Below, one piece after another: positions 19,308 through 28,412 of a stretch of 51,639 bases of DNA; the stretch's first letter is position 1, and every line of letters starts with the position of its first letter. Source of the DNA: Acidimicrobiia bacterium (GTDB lineage Bacteria; Actinomycetota; Acidimicrobiia; Spongiisociales; ZC4RG35); contig JARDZU010000001.1 of assembly GCA_029240695.1 (NCBI GenBank), positions 1 through 51,639 on the forward strand. Reading direction: 5' to 3'. Made by a program: the position numbers and the translations under genes. A model generated the notes under the pieces. The model was not told the origin of the DNA. It made no database searches and worked only from the letters and a program-made list of their open reading frames with translations.

Positions 19308-19708
19308 TTGGTTCGGTCCAGATAGTCCTGAAGGATGATTGCGGCTGCCACCTTGTCGACGTTCTCTCGCCGCTTCCGGCGTTTCATGCCCGATTCGAGG
19401 AGAGCATCTTCGGCCATTCTCGAGGTGTACCGCTCGTCGGCCAGGATGACTTCGGCGCCTGTCGCGGCGCCTAGCTCATCCGCAAGTTTCCTGGCTTCGG
19501 ATGCTGACATGCCTTCATCACCACTCAGCCCGGTGGGGAGGCCAACGACAATGGTACCGATATCGTGTTCTTTGACGAGGTTCAGAACCTCGTCCACTGC
19601 CGCCGACCGTGGCACAACGGAGAGTGGGCGGGCCGTGATCCCGAGGGAATCCGATATGGCCAGACCGACCCGCTTGGTCCCGTAATCGACGCCGAGGGAC
19701 CGGCTCAC
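19304..19708 (-). CDS. ruvX: Holliday junction resolvase-like pre-16S rRNA nuclease YqgF/RuvX
   Basis: It is 134 aa and reads SLGVDYGTKRVGLAISD......VVGLP....G......A..ADERYTS. The GTG start overlaps the alaS stop. Confidence 0.9.
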   Translation of the reverse strand: MSRSLGVDYGTKRVGLAISDSLGITARPLSVVPRSAAVDEVLNLVKEHDIGTIVVGLPTGLSGDEGMSASEARKLADELGAATGAEVILADERYTSRMAEDALLESGMKRRKRRENVDKVAAAIILQDYLDRTK

Positions 19709-22326
19709 AGACTCCCGATGAGACGTTCGGCGCTGTCCCGGGCCCGCTCCAGGGCGTAATCGAGACGGTCGCCGTGGGGGCCGCCGGCCTGGGCGAGCTC
19801 TGGATCGCGGGAGCCGCCACCGCCAAGCTCGGTGGCAGCCTCTGAGATGATCGCCGCGGCCGAGACCCCGGCTTCCACCAGGTCCTTCGTCACCACCCCG
19901 ACCAGGGACCCCTTCCCGGCCAGGGCGGATCCGGCAACCACCACCGCGGGTGAGCCGAGGCGATCCCTCACGCCCAGGGCGAGCTGGCGCAGAGAATTGG
20001 GGTCGAGGTCGGGTGCGGCGGCGACGAGCAGTGACGTCTCGCCGATCTTCGTCGCCTGACCTGCGAGCTCGACCGCGAGCTCGCCACGTCGTTGGGAGCG
20101 CAGAACGTCCAGTTCGCCTTCCAGTGTGTCGATCCGCTCGAGCAGGCCCTCGACTCGCGTCGGCACCTCCGGTCCTGAGACCTTGAGCATCCTGCTTACC
20201 CGTTCGAGCCCGGCACGGACCTCGACGAGCTGCTGATAGGCCGCCAGGCCGGTGAGGGCTTCGACCCGGCGGAGATTGGACCCGATCGACGACTCCGATG
20301 TCACCAGCAACGGCCCGACCTGCGCCGAGGTATGGGTGTGGGTCCCCCCGCAGAACTCAGTCGAGAAGCTCCCCACCTGGACAACCCGCACCGTGTCGCC
20401 GTATTTGTCGCCGAAGAACGCCAGAGCCCCCATCTCCTCGGCCTCCTCCTTGGTTGTGACCGTCGTCTTCACCCTCTCGTTGTCGATCAGCTTCTCGTTG
20501 GCCCGGGCCTCCACCTCGGCCAGCTCCTGGGGGGCGACCTGGGCGAAGTGAGAGAAGTCGAAGCGAAGCCGGCCCGGCTCGACCAGGGAACCAGCCTGGC
20601 TGGCATGATCCCCGAGTACGTCACGGAGCGCCCAGTGAAGGACATGGGTTCCGGTGTGACTCTTGCGTATTGCCTCGCGACGAGGGATGTCGATGCTGGC
20701 CGTGGCATGCTGACCAACCGCCAGATACCCGGATTGGACCCGGACCCGATGACCGTGGAGACCTTGCAGGGCATGCTTGGTGTCGAGTACGACGGCGGAC
20801 CCGGTCTCGGTCTCGATGAGCCCGGTGTCCCCGATCTGGCCACCCGATTCGGCGTAGAAGGGCGTGCGACTGAGGAAGACCTCGACCTGCCTTCCCTCCT
20901 CGGCACGCTCGACCGGCTCGCCGTCGGCCACCATCGCCAGGACCTGGCCCTCGGCGGCCTCGGTCTCGTAACCGACGAACTCGGTGAGGCCGGTGACGTC
21001 GAGCACCGAGCGGTACACCTCCTGAGCGGCGATCTCGTCCCCGCCCTTCCAGGCGGCGCGGGCGCGGCGTCGCTGTTCGGCCATCTCACTTTCGAAACCC
21101 TGAGTGTCGACTTCGACCCCCCGCTCGGCAGCGATCTCCCGGGTTAGCTCGACGGGGAAGCCGAATGTGTCGTGGAGCTTGAAGACGGTCGCGCCGGATA
21201 GCGCCGGAACGTCTTCCCGGCCCAGTTCGGCGTCGAGCAGCTGATGACCCGATTCGAGCGTGCGGCGAAAACGCTCCTCCTCCCTGACCACGACCTGATT
21301 GATGAAGTCCCGTCTCTCGACCACCTCGCTGTACCAGTCGCCCATGACTTCGACGGTCGCATCCACCAGCGAGGGGAACACCAGGCCCTCCCCCCCGTAC
21401 TGCCAGGCGTGGCGCACCGCTCGACGAAGGATCCGCCGGAGCACATACCCCCGGCCGTCGTTTGACGGAACCACTCCGTCCGCGATCAGGAAGGTCACCG
21501 CACGGCCGTGGTCGGCGAGGATGCGAAGGGAGACATCGTGCAGCTCGTCTTCGCCGTAGGTGAGGCCGGTGTATGACGAGGCGGCATCCCGGACGTGAGA
21601 GATGGTGTCGATGTCGAACACCGACGGCACGCCCTGCAGCACCGCTGCCATCCTCTCCAGACCCATCCCGGTGTCGATGCTCTTGGCGGGCAGGTCGCCG
21701 ATCACGTGATAGGGCTCGTCCTGGATGTTCTGCATGAAGACGAGATTCCAGACCTCCACGAAGCGGTCCTCGTCCCCGACGGCGGGACCACCGCCTTCGC
21801 CGAACTCGGTGCCCTTGTCGTAGAAGATCTCCGAGCTCGGCCCGCACGGCCCGGGCACCCCCATTTGCCAGAAATTCTCCTTCTCGTCACGCCGCTGGAT
21901 CCGCTCGGCCGGGACGATCCCGGACCAGATCTCGGCCGCCTCGTCGTCGGTCTCGAACACCGTATACCAGAGGAGATCGGGGTCGAGCCCGAGCCTTTGG
22001 GTGACGAACTCGTACGACCAGGCGATGGCGTCTTCCTTGAAATAATCACCGAAGCTGAAGTTGCCGGGCATCTCGAAGAAGGAGAGATGGCGCTTTGTGG
22101 ACCCGATGATGTCGATGTCGATGGTACGGACGACCTTCTGGACCGTTGTCGCCCGCTTGTGTGGCGGAGTCTCCTCGCCGAGGAAGTAGGGCTTGAACGG
22201 GACCATCCCGGCGTTGGTGAGGAGCAGGGTGGGATCGTTGGGGATGAGAGACGCAGAGGGGCGCACCACATGCCCTTTTTCCTCGAAGAACGATGTGAAA
22301 GCGGTTCGAATCTGGTTGCTGTCCAA
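19705..22326 (-). CDS. alaS: Alanine--tRNA ligase
   Basis: It is 873 aa and contains IRTAFTSFFEEKGHVVRPSASLIPNDPTLLLTNAGMVPFKPYF, an editing domain with HTGTHVLHWAL, and a C-terminal DHHA1-like region. The start codon is TTG. Confidence 0.95.
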   Translation of the reverse strand: MDSNQIRTAFTSFFEEKGHVVRPSASLIPNDPTLLLTNAGMVPFKPYFLGEETPPHKRATTVQKVVRTIDIDIIGSTKRHLSFFEMPGNFSFGDYFKEDAIAWSYEFVTQRLGLDPDLLWYTVFETDDEAAEIWSGIVPAERIQRRDEKENFWQMGVPGPCGPSSEIFYDKGTEFGEGGGPAVGDEDRFVEVWNLVFMQNIQDEPYHVIGDLPAKSIDTGMGLERMAAVLQGVPSVFDIDTISHVRDAASSYTGLTYGEDELHDVSLRILADHGRAVTFLIADGVVPSNDGRGYVLRRILRRAVRHAWQYGGEGLVFPSLVDATVEVMGDWYSEVVERRDFINQVVVREEERFRRTLESGHQLLDAELGREDVPALSGATVFKLHDTFGFPVELTREIAAERGVEVDTQGFESEMAEQRRRARAAWKGGDEIAAQEVYRSVLDVTGLTEFVGYETEAAEGQVLAMVADGEPVERAEEGRQVEVFLSRTPFYAESGGQIGDTGLIETETGSAVVLDTKHALQGLHGHRVRVQSGYLAVGQHATASIDIPRREAIRKSHTGTHVLHWALRDVLGDHASQAGSLVEPGRLRFDFSHFAQVAPQELAEVEARANEKLIDNERVKTTVTTKEEAEEMGALAFFGDKYGDTVRVVQVGSFSTEFCGGTHTHTSAQVGPLLVTSESSIGSNLRRVEALTGLAAYQQLVEVRAGLERVSRMLKVSGPEVPTRVEGLLERIDTLEGELDVLRSQRRGELAVELAGQATKIGETSLLVAAAPDLDPNSLRQLALGVRDRLGSPAVVVAGSALAGKGSLVGVVTKDLVEAGVSAAAIISEAATELGGGGSRDPELAQAGGPHGDRLDYALERARDSAERLIGSL

Positions 22327-22358
22327 AGGATTCCGGTCCTGAAGAGCGAGCGGCGAGG

Positions 22359-22550
22359 TTAACGAGAGACTGAGACCTGCCTGCTCCTATTGGGCCGGAC
22401 CGCATTGGCGGCCAGGTCGAGCAGGTCGGCCCCGGTGGCCGCAGCGGCGTCTTTCCACTCGACCGGCGTCGGGCTCCGGCGCAAGGCGCGGACGGTGATC
22501 CAGCCCCCGACCAGCACCCCAGTGACGAACCACGACATCCGATCGAGCAT
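22359..22550 (-). CDS. Small hypothetical membrane protein (63 aa)
   Basis: An ATG ORF 9 nt downstream of rarA on the same strand, with high third-position GC. It has one hydrophobic helix, WFVTGVLVGGWITV. I did not recognise a family. Confidence 0.5.
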   Translation of the reverse strand: MLDRMSWFVTGVLVGGWITVRALRRSPTPVEWKDAAAATGADLLDLAANAVRPNRSRQVSVSR

Positions 22551-22559
22551 CCCCTGAGG

Positions 22560-23903
22560 CTACCCCTTGCCCCGGCCCTCCCGGCCCAGGATCCGGTCGA
22601 TCTCGTCGAGCCGGCGCTGCATGGCGCTCTCGTCACCCTGCTCCCCCGGCTCGAACAGAACCTCGGCAGGAACACCGTCCGGGAAGTACTGCTGGGCGAC
22701 CACGCCGCCCTCGAAGTCGTGGGCGTCGCGGTACCCGGATCCGTGACCCAGTCTCTCGGCGCCCGGGTATGCCGCCGACCGCAGATGGGGCGGAACGCTT
22801 GCAGATGGGCCATCCGTGACGAGTTGGCGCGCTCTGGCCATCGCCCTCCCTACGGAGTTCGATTTGGGGGCCGCGGCCAGATAGATCGTCGCCTCGGTGA
22901 GGTGGTAGGTCGCTTCGGGCAGCCCTACGTAGGCGAGGGCGTCGGCGGCCGCCACCGCCAGCGGGAGGGCGTGGGGGTCGGCCAAACCGATGTCCTCCGA
23001 CGCCAGGATGATGAGTCTGCGAGCGATGAACTCGGGATCCTCACCTCCCTCGAGCATGAGAAACAGCCAGTAGAGGGCGGCGTCGGGGTCGGAGCCCCGG
23101 ACGCTCTTTATGAAGGCGGAGATCACGTCGTAGTGCTGGTCCCCGACCTTGTCGTAACGAACGATCCTTCGCTGCAGGGCCTCCGCCACGTCTCCGATTG
23201 AAATCGTCGACCGGTCATCGCCTGAGGCGAGGAGCGCTGCCACCTCGAGCGAGTTGAGCGCCTGTCTCCCATCACCCCCGGTGCGGTTCCCCAGCTCTTC
23301 GAGCGCGTCCGTTTCGATGTCCAGGCCCATCTCGCCCAGGCCACGCTCGCTGTCGCTGAGTGCTCGCTTGATCAGCTCAGCCATCTCTTCCGGTCGCAAG
23401 GGCTCGAGCCGGAACAGGGTCATCCTGCTCATCAGCGGGGAATTGACCTCGAAGAACGGGTTCTCGGTCGTCGCCCCGATCAGGATCAACGTCCCGTCCT
23501 CGACACCGGGAAGAAGAGCGTCCTGTTGGTTCTTGGCGAACCGATGGATCTCGTCGAGGAAGAGGACCGTACGCCGCTCATCTGTCGCCAGGCGGTTCTT
23601 GGCCCCGGCCAGCACTTCACGGATGTCTTTCACCCCAGCGGAGGTCGCCGACAGCGTCTCGAAGGCGGCTTCCGCCCTGGATGCGACCAGACGGGCCAGA
23701 GTGGTCTTACCGGTCCCCGGCGGGCCCCAGAGCAACATCGACACGGGCCGACCCGACTCGACCAGACGCCGGAATGCCGCATTGGCTGCCATCAGCGCAG
23801 GTTGACCCACTACTTCATCGAGAGAACGGGGTCTCATCCGTGTGGCCAGGGGGGCGGCCCGCGACGTCAGCTCGTCTGCCCGGGCCGAAAAGAGGTCACT
23901 CAC
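22560..23903 (-). CDS. rarA: Replication-associated recombination protein A (AAA+ ATPase RarA/MgsA)
   Basis: It is 447 aa with the Walker A motif LWGPPGTGKTT, the Walker B motif LFLDEIHRF, and a MgsA C-domain (DQHYDVISAFIKSVRGSDPDAALYWL). Confidence 0.92.
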   Translation of the reverse strand: MSDLFSARADELTSRAAPLATRMRPRSLDEVVGQPALMAANAAFRRLVESGRPVSMLLWGPPGTGKTTLARLVASRAEAAFETLSATSAGVKDIREVLAGAKNRLATDERRTVLFLDEIHRFAKNQQDALLPGVEDGTLILIGATTENPFFEVNSPLMSRMTLFRLEPLRPEEMAELIKRALSDSERGLGEMGLDIETDALEELGNRTGGDGRQALNSLEVAALLASGDDRSTISIGDVAEALQRRIVRYDKVGDQHYDVISAFIKSVRGSDPDAALYWLFLMLEGGEDPEFIARRLIILASEDIGLADPHALPLAVAAADALAYVGLPEATYHLTEATIYLAAAPKSNSVGRAMARARQLVTDGPSASVPPHLRSAAYPGAERLGHGSGYRDAHDFEGGVVAQQYFPDGVPAEVLFEPGEQGDESAMQRRLDEIDRILGREGRGKG

Positions 23904-25659
23904 CCGGATCGTCCGGCAGCTCCCGGCGGGCCAGAGCCGACTCGGTGAGAGTGACGCCGAGTTCCTCCAGCTGCGTCTCCTCGACCCATGTCGGGGCGCC
24001 TGTCATGGGGTCGACGCCGCTCTGCGTCTTGGGGAACGGGATCACCTCGCGTATCGAGGTCTCGCCCTGGAGGACCATCACGAGTCGGTCGATGCCGAAG
24101 GCGAAGCCGGCATGAGGCGGCGTGCCGTAGCGCAACGCCTCGAGGAACCATCCGAAGCGCCGCTCGGCGGTCGCCGGTTCGATGCCCAGGATGTCGAACA
24201 CCTGGCGCTGCACGTCCGGGTCGTGGATCCGGACCGAGCCGGAGCCGAGCTCGACTCCGTTGAGCACCGCGTCGTAGGCCTTGGATATCGCCCCCGTCGG
24301 GTTGTCGCGCATATCGTCGAGCGAGGCCGGCGACGTGAACGGGTGGTGGGAGAAGGTGATAGTGCCGTCTTCCTCCTCCTCGAACAATGGAAAGTCGATC
24401 ACCCACAGGAAAGCCAGGTCCTGGTGGGCGGAGGGTCGGAGAAGGTCGTTGCGAAGCGTCCCGAGAACCTCGACCGCCAGTTTCCATCGGTCGGCAGCTA
24501 TCAGCAGAACATCACCGGGTTTCGCATCCAGCGCGTCTCGAATCCCGGTCAGCTCCTTGTCATCGAGGAACTTCGCCACTGGTGAGCGGAGCGATTCATC
24601 CTCCTCGACGATCATCCACACCAATCCCTTGGCTCCGAGCTCCTTGGCCCGCTCAGTGAGCGAATCGGCGCGGCTCCGGGACCACTCTTGCTGCCCGACA
24701 TTGATGCCCCGGATGGTCCCTCCGCCGGCCAGTGTGTCCCTGAAGACACCGAATCCGCTCTCGCCGAACAGGTCAGACAGCTCGATGATCTCGGCGCCGA
24801 ACCTCAGGTCTGGCTTGTCCGTGCCGAACCGCTCCATGCTCTCCTGCCACGTGAGCCGGGGGAAGGGACGGGTGACATCGATCCCGCGCAACTCTTTCGT
24901 CACCGCGACCAGGACGCTCTCGATCGTGTCCAGGACGTCGTCGCGGTCCCAGAAGGACCCTTCCAGGTCCAGCTGGGTGAATTCGAGCTGGCGGTCTGCC
25001 CGGAAGTCCTCGTCCCGGTAGCAGCGTGCGATCTGGAAATACCGCTCGACCCCGGCGACCATCAGCAATTGCTTGAAGAGCTGTGGGGACTGGGGCAGTG
25101 CGTAGAACTCACCTTTGCGCAGCCTGGAGGGCACCAGCATGTCCCGCGCCCCCTCGGGCGTGCTGTTGACAAGCGTCGGCGTCTCGACCTCGAGGAATCC
25201 TTGCTCGTCGAGCGTGCGGCGTATCGCCGCGGTCGCTCGCGAACGAGCTCTCAAGTTCGCCCCCATTCGCGGCCGGCGTAGATCCAGGTAGCGGTAACGG
25301 AGCCGGGTACGCTCGTCGATCTCGACCCTGTCATCGATCATAAACGGCAAGGTGTCAGCAGATGACAGCACGGCGAGCTCCTCCACCCCCATCTCTACGC
25401 CACCGGTCGGCAAATCGGGGTTCTCGGTGCCCTCGGGGCGGGCCCTGATCACTCCGGTCACCGAGATGCAGTACTCCATCTTCAAATCGGTGACTTCTTC
25501 GTGCTCCGCGGGGTCGGCCACCACCTGGATCACGCCCGAGGCGTCGCGGACATCGATGAAGGCGATCCCGCCGTGGTCGCGGCGACGTTGGACCCATCCC
25601 GAGACCGTCACGGTCCTTCCGATGTCTGACGCTCGCAGAGATCCAGCCGGGCTGCGCAT
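23896..25659 (-). CDS. aspS: Aspartate--tRNA ligase
   Basis: From the ATG at 25659 it reads MRSPAGSLRASDIGRTVTVSGWVQRRRDHGGIAFIDVRDASG, which aligns with the E. coli AspRS N-terminus. Class II motifs are present (FQIARCYRDED, GFAFGIDR). The ATG overlaps the hisS stop (TGATG). The track start at 25680 is 7 codons longer. Confidence 0.94.
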   Translation of the reverse strand: MRSPAGSLRASDIGRTVTVSGWVQRRRDHGGIAFIDVRDASGVIQVVADPAEHEEVTDLKMEYCISVTGVIRARPEGTENPDLPTGGVEMGVEELAVLSSADTLPFMIDDRVEIDERTRLRYRYLDLRRPRMGANLRARSRATAAIRRTLDEQGFLEVETPTLVNSTPEGARDMLVPSRLRKGEFYALPQSPQLFKQLLMVAGVERYFQIARCYRDEDFRADRQLEFTQLDLEGSFWDRDDVLDTIESVLVAVTKELRGIDVTRPFPRLTWQESMERFGTDKPDLRFGAEIIELSDLFGESGFGVFRDTLAGGGTIRGINVGQQEWSRSRADSLTERAKELGAKGLVWMIVEEDESLRSPVAKFLDDKELTGIRDALDAKPGDVLLIAADRWKLAVEVLGTLRNDLLRPSAHQDLAFLWVIDFPLFEEEEDGTITFSHHPFTSPASLDDMRDNPTGAISKAYDAVLNGVELGSGSVRIHDPDVQRQVFDILGIEPATAERRFGWFLEALRYGTPPHAGFAFGIDRLVMVLQGETSIREVIPFPKTQSGVDPMTGAPTWVEETQLEELGVTLTESALARRELPDDPGE

Positions 25660-26870
25660 CACAGCCGCCCCTCGAGCCATTTCGCTACTGAGCCGAGTGG
25701 CATTCCGGATCTCTCGTCACCGATCCGCACATCGACGTCATCGCCGGCCGCCGGCAGGACCACCACTGCTCGTGCCCCGAGACGGCTCGCGGCTCTGAAC
25801 TGGGTGTCGACCTTCCGCCCTTCGGTGTCTAGCTCTACCCGGAGACCGTCGCGTCGCAGCGCCGACGCGGCGATCAGCGCCTCGTACGGCCCCGACTCGG
25901 AGACGAGGTACACGTCGATCCTCCCGGCGGGCTCCCTGGACGAGGCGAGGACGATGCGGTCCACACCCAGGGCGAAACCGACACCTGGGGCCGGTCTCCC
26001 CCCGATCGACTCGGCTAGACCGTCATATCGGCCGCCACCACCAACGGCGTTCTGAGCTGCCTCGAGATCCGTGGCCACATACTCGAACGCCGTCCGGGTG
26101 TAGTAGTCGAGACCCCGGACCAGGCGCGCGTCCTCCACGAACGGCACCTCTAGGGCTTCGAGCGACTTCTTCACCTGTGAGTAGTGATCGGCACACGACT
26201 CGCAGAGATGGTCCTTCATCGAGGGGGCGTCGGCCAGGACAGGTGCGCACACCCGACAGTCGAGGACCCGGAGTGGGTTGACGTCGACTATCGATAGGGA
26301 GTCGTCGCATAGGACTTCGCGTTTCGCGTCGAGGTAACCCCGGAGTGTCTCGACATATCCCGGCCGGCACACGGCGTCACCGAGGGAGTTGAGCACGACG
26401 TCCAGGCCCGGGATCTCGACTGCGGTCAGGAAGCGATAGCCGAGCTCGACAACCTCGGCGTCCGCCGCCGGTCCCTCCACGTCGAGATACTCCACGCCGA
26501 CCTGCCAGAACTGCCGCCGCCGCCCGGCCTGTGGCCGCTCGTGCCGGAACATCGGCCCTGAGTAGGAGCCCTTCCACGGGCCCTTCGCCCCGCTGTCGAG
26601 AAATGCCCTGACCACACCGGCGGTGCCCTCGGGTCGAAGCGTCAACGAGCGGCCCCCCCGGTCGGTGAAGGTGTACATCTGCTTGGTGACCACCTCGGTA
26701 TCGCTCCCGACGCCCCTCTCGAACAGCTCGGTGGCCTCGAAGATCGGCGTCGCCACCAGGGGGTATCCGAACAGGTCGGCCCACCGCTCCCATTCCCCCA
26801 GCACGTCACGCCAGAGATTCGATTCGGGCGCGCCGATGTCATCGGTGCCTTTGGGCGGCCGGAAGCTCAT
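25659..26870 (-). CDS. hisS: Histidine--tRNA ligase
   Basis: From the ATG at 26870 it reads MSFRPPKGTDDIGAPES. It contains LRPEGTAGVVRA, FRHERPQAGRRRQF and GGGRYD. The upstream 42 codons of the track ORF run into the divergent intergenic region. Confidence 0.93.
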   Translation of the reverse strand: MSFRPPKGTDDIGAPESNLWRDVLGEWERWADLFGYPLVATPIFEATELFERGVGSDTEVVTKQMYTFTDRGGRSLTLRPEGTAGVVRAFLDSGAKGPWKGSYSGPMFRHERPQAGRRRQFWQVGVEYLDVEGPAADAEVVELGYRFLTAVEIPGLDVVLNSLGDAVCRPGYVETLRGYLDAKREVLCDDSLSIVDVNPLRVLDCRVCAPVLADAPSMKDHLCESCADHYSQVKKSLEALEVPFVEDARLVRGLDYYTRTAFEYVATDLEAAQNAVGGGGRYDGLAESIGGRPAPGVGFALGVDRIVLASSREPAGRIDVYLVSESGPYEALIAASALRRDGLRVELDTEGRKVDTQFRAASRLGARAVVVLPAAGDDVDVRIGDERSGMPLGSVAKWLEGRL

Positions 26871-26937
26871 GAGTTCAGGCAGGTTAATTGTGGTCCGACA
26901 CCCAACGAGCCGAAGGCGAAGGAGGTACGTTTCTGAA

Positions 26938-27396
26938 GTGATCCGGCGAGAGGCAATTGTCGGTCTCGTCCTCCTATCGATGGTGGTGGCCTGCACCGAA
27001 TCTTCCGCTCCCGAGATGCCAGGTCTGGACCCGACTGAAGAGGTCGAGCTCGTCGAAGTGGAACCCGGCCCCAGTGATGACTCATTCGTCTGGTCGCACG
27101 CCCTGCAGGTCGAGGATCTGCCCCCGGTGAATGTCGGTCACCCGACCTCCGAGTTCCTCGAAGACGCGGCTCGGGTAGGGGCGGACCCGGAGGATCATCT
27201 CTGTTTGGGCGATGCGTCGGGTGCCGGGGGTTGCTCTGTCGAAGACCCCGATGTTCCTTCGATCGCGGGCATGACATTCGGTGGTCCCGATGTAAGAGCG
27301 TGGTCTTGGGACTTCGTCCCCGATGATGCTGTGGCGGTCCGATTCATCGACCAGGACGGAGAGGCCTCCTGGCAGCGTCCCGTCGAGCCACGGTGA
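26938..27396 (+). CDS. Putative secreted lipoprotein (hypothetical)
   Basis: It has a GTG start 12 nt after GAAGGAGG. The N-terminus VIRREAIVGLVLLSMVVAC|TESS carries a lipobox-like VVAC. An acidic mature region follows. I did not recognise a family. The portion of the track ORF upstream of 26938 is antisense to hisS. Confidence 0.55.
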   Translation: MIRREAIVGLVLLSMVVACTESSAPEMPGLDPTEEVELVEVEPGPSDDSFVWSHALQVEDLPPVNVGHPTSEFLEDAARVGADPEDHLCLGDASGAGGCSVEDPDVPSIAGMTFGGPDVRAWSWDFVPDDAVAVRFIDQDGEASWQRPVEPR

Positions 27397-27505
27397 TCTT
27401 CCCGGACACCGTCGAGAGCGATATGGACGGTGATTGCCCATGCCGACTCGATGCCATCGCCGAGGACGGTGAAGTGATCATCTCCGTCGATGTCGATTCT
27501 TCTTC

Positions 27506-27757
27506 TTACATCGACGATTGATCACCGAGCGGCGGAACGGGCAGTTCGGTCCCATCGAGAAACAGGTCGACCTCGAGAAACCCGTCGCCTTCCCGGACAG
27601 TGGCGACGCGCAGTCGCGCATTTGGCTTCGATATCCAGGCAGCACGGTTGCGGAGTCGGGCCTCGGTGGCTCGATGATCGCGGGTCAGGACGCGGATACG
27701 CGCTCTTCCGGTCTGAGCCAGTCCTCTCAGAGCGACGTCGATCGCGTTCGGACGCAT
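27506..27757 (-). CDS. Hypothetical protein (83 aa)
   Basis: An ATG ORF 16 nt downstream of the MBL hydrolase gene on the same strand. About two thirds of its codons end in G or C, by my hand count. No motif was recognised. Confidence 0.4.
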   Translation of the reverse strand: MRPNAIDVALRGLAQTGRARIRVLTRDHRATEARLRNRAAWISKPNARLRVATVREGDGFLEVDLFLDGTELPVPPLGDQSSM

Positions 27758-27773
27758 CGACGGAGCATACGTT

Positions 27774-28412
27774 TCATTGCAGGAACGGGTTACCGGTCCT
27801 TTCCCGGCCGATGGTGGTCTCCGGACCGTGGCCCGGGAGCACCCTCGTGTGGTCCGGGAGCACCATCACTTTCTGATCCATAGAGGTCATGAGCGCAGCC
27901 AACGAGCCACCCGGGAGATCGGTTCGTCCGATCGACCCGGCGAACAGCTGGTCGCCCGAGAAGAGCGTCTCCTCCTGCTCCAGGTAGAAGCAACAATGCC
28001 CCGGGGTATGCCCGGGGGTGTGCCGCACCTCGAACTCGAGACCCGCCAACCTGATTCGATCCCCATCGCTCATTGCTTCGAATTTCTCCGGGACGTCATA
28101 GACCCCTGGCGGGGTCATCCCGAACATCGCCCGCAACTGTTCGAGCGGGTGCAAGGTCAGGAAGTCGTCGTCGGGATGGACATAGACGCTGGCGCCCGTC
28201 GCTCGGGCCAATTCCCCGCTGCCGCCGGTGTGGTCGATGTGACCGTGGGTGAGAATCACCGCCGACAAAGTCAGATCGTGCTGGATCAGGACGGCTCCGA
28301 TCGCGTCAGGGTCCGGCGGGGCGTCGACAACGATTGCCTGGCCACCGCTCTCTTCAGCGAGGATGTATGCGTTGGTTTCGGCAAGCCAGGCCGGAACCCG
28401 GACCGTCAGCAT
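27774..28412 (-). CDS. MBL-fold metallo-hydrolase (glyoxalase II-like)
   Basis: It is 212 aa with the THGHIDHTGG metal motif and later HTPGHTPG. The ATG overlaps the relA stop (TGATG). It occupies the same position as the MBL gene between relA and hisS in mycobacteria. Confidence 0.9.
   Translation of the reverse strand: MLTVRVPAWLAETNAYILAEESGGQAIVVDAPPDPDAIGAVLIQHDLTLSAVILTHGHIDHTGGSGELARATGASVYVHPDDDFLTLHPLEQLRAMFGMTPPGVYDVPEKFEAMSDGDRIRLAGLEFEVRHTPGHTPGHCCFYLEQEETLFSGDQLFAGSIGRTDLPGGSLAALMTSMDQKVMVLPDHTRVLPGHGPETTIGRERTGNPFLQ

Noticed and set aside
22359-22550. Whether the 63-aa ORF between rarA and alaS could be a toxin or antitoxin, or a leader peptide.
   Set aside because: There is no partner ORF. 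It has a single TM helix and ordinary codon usage. It is retained as a low-confidence hypothetical small membrane protein only.
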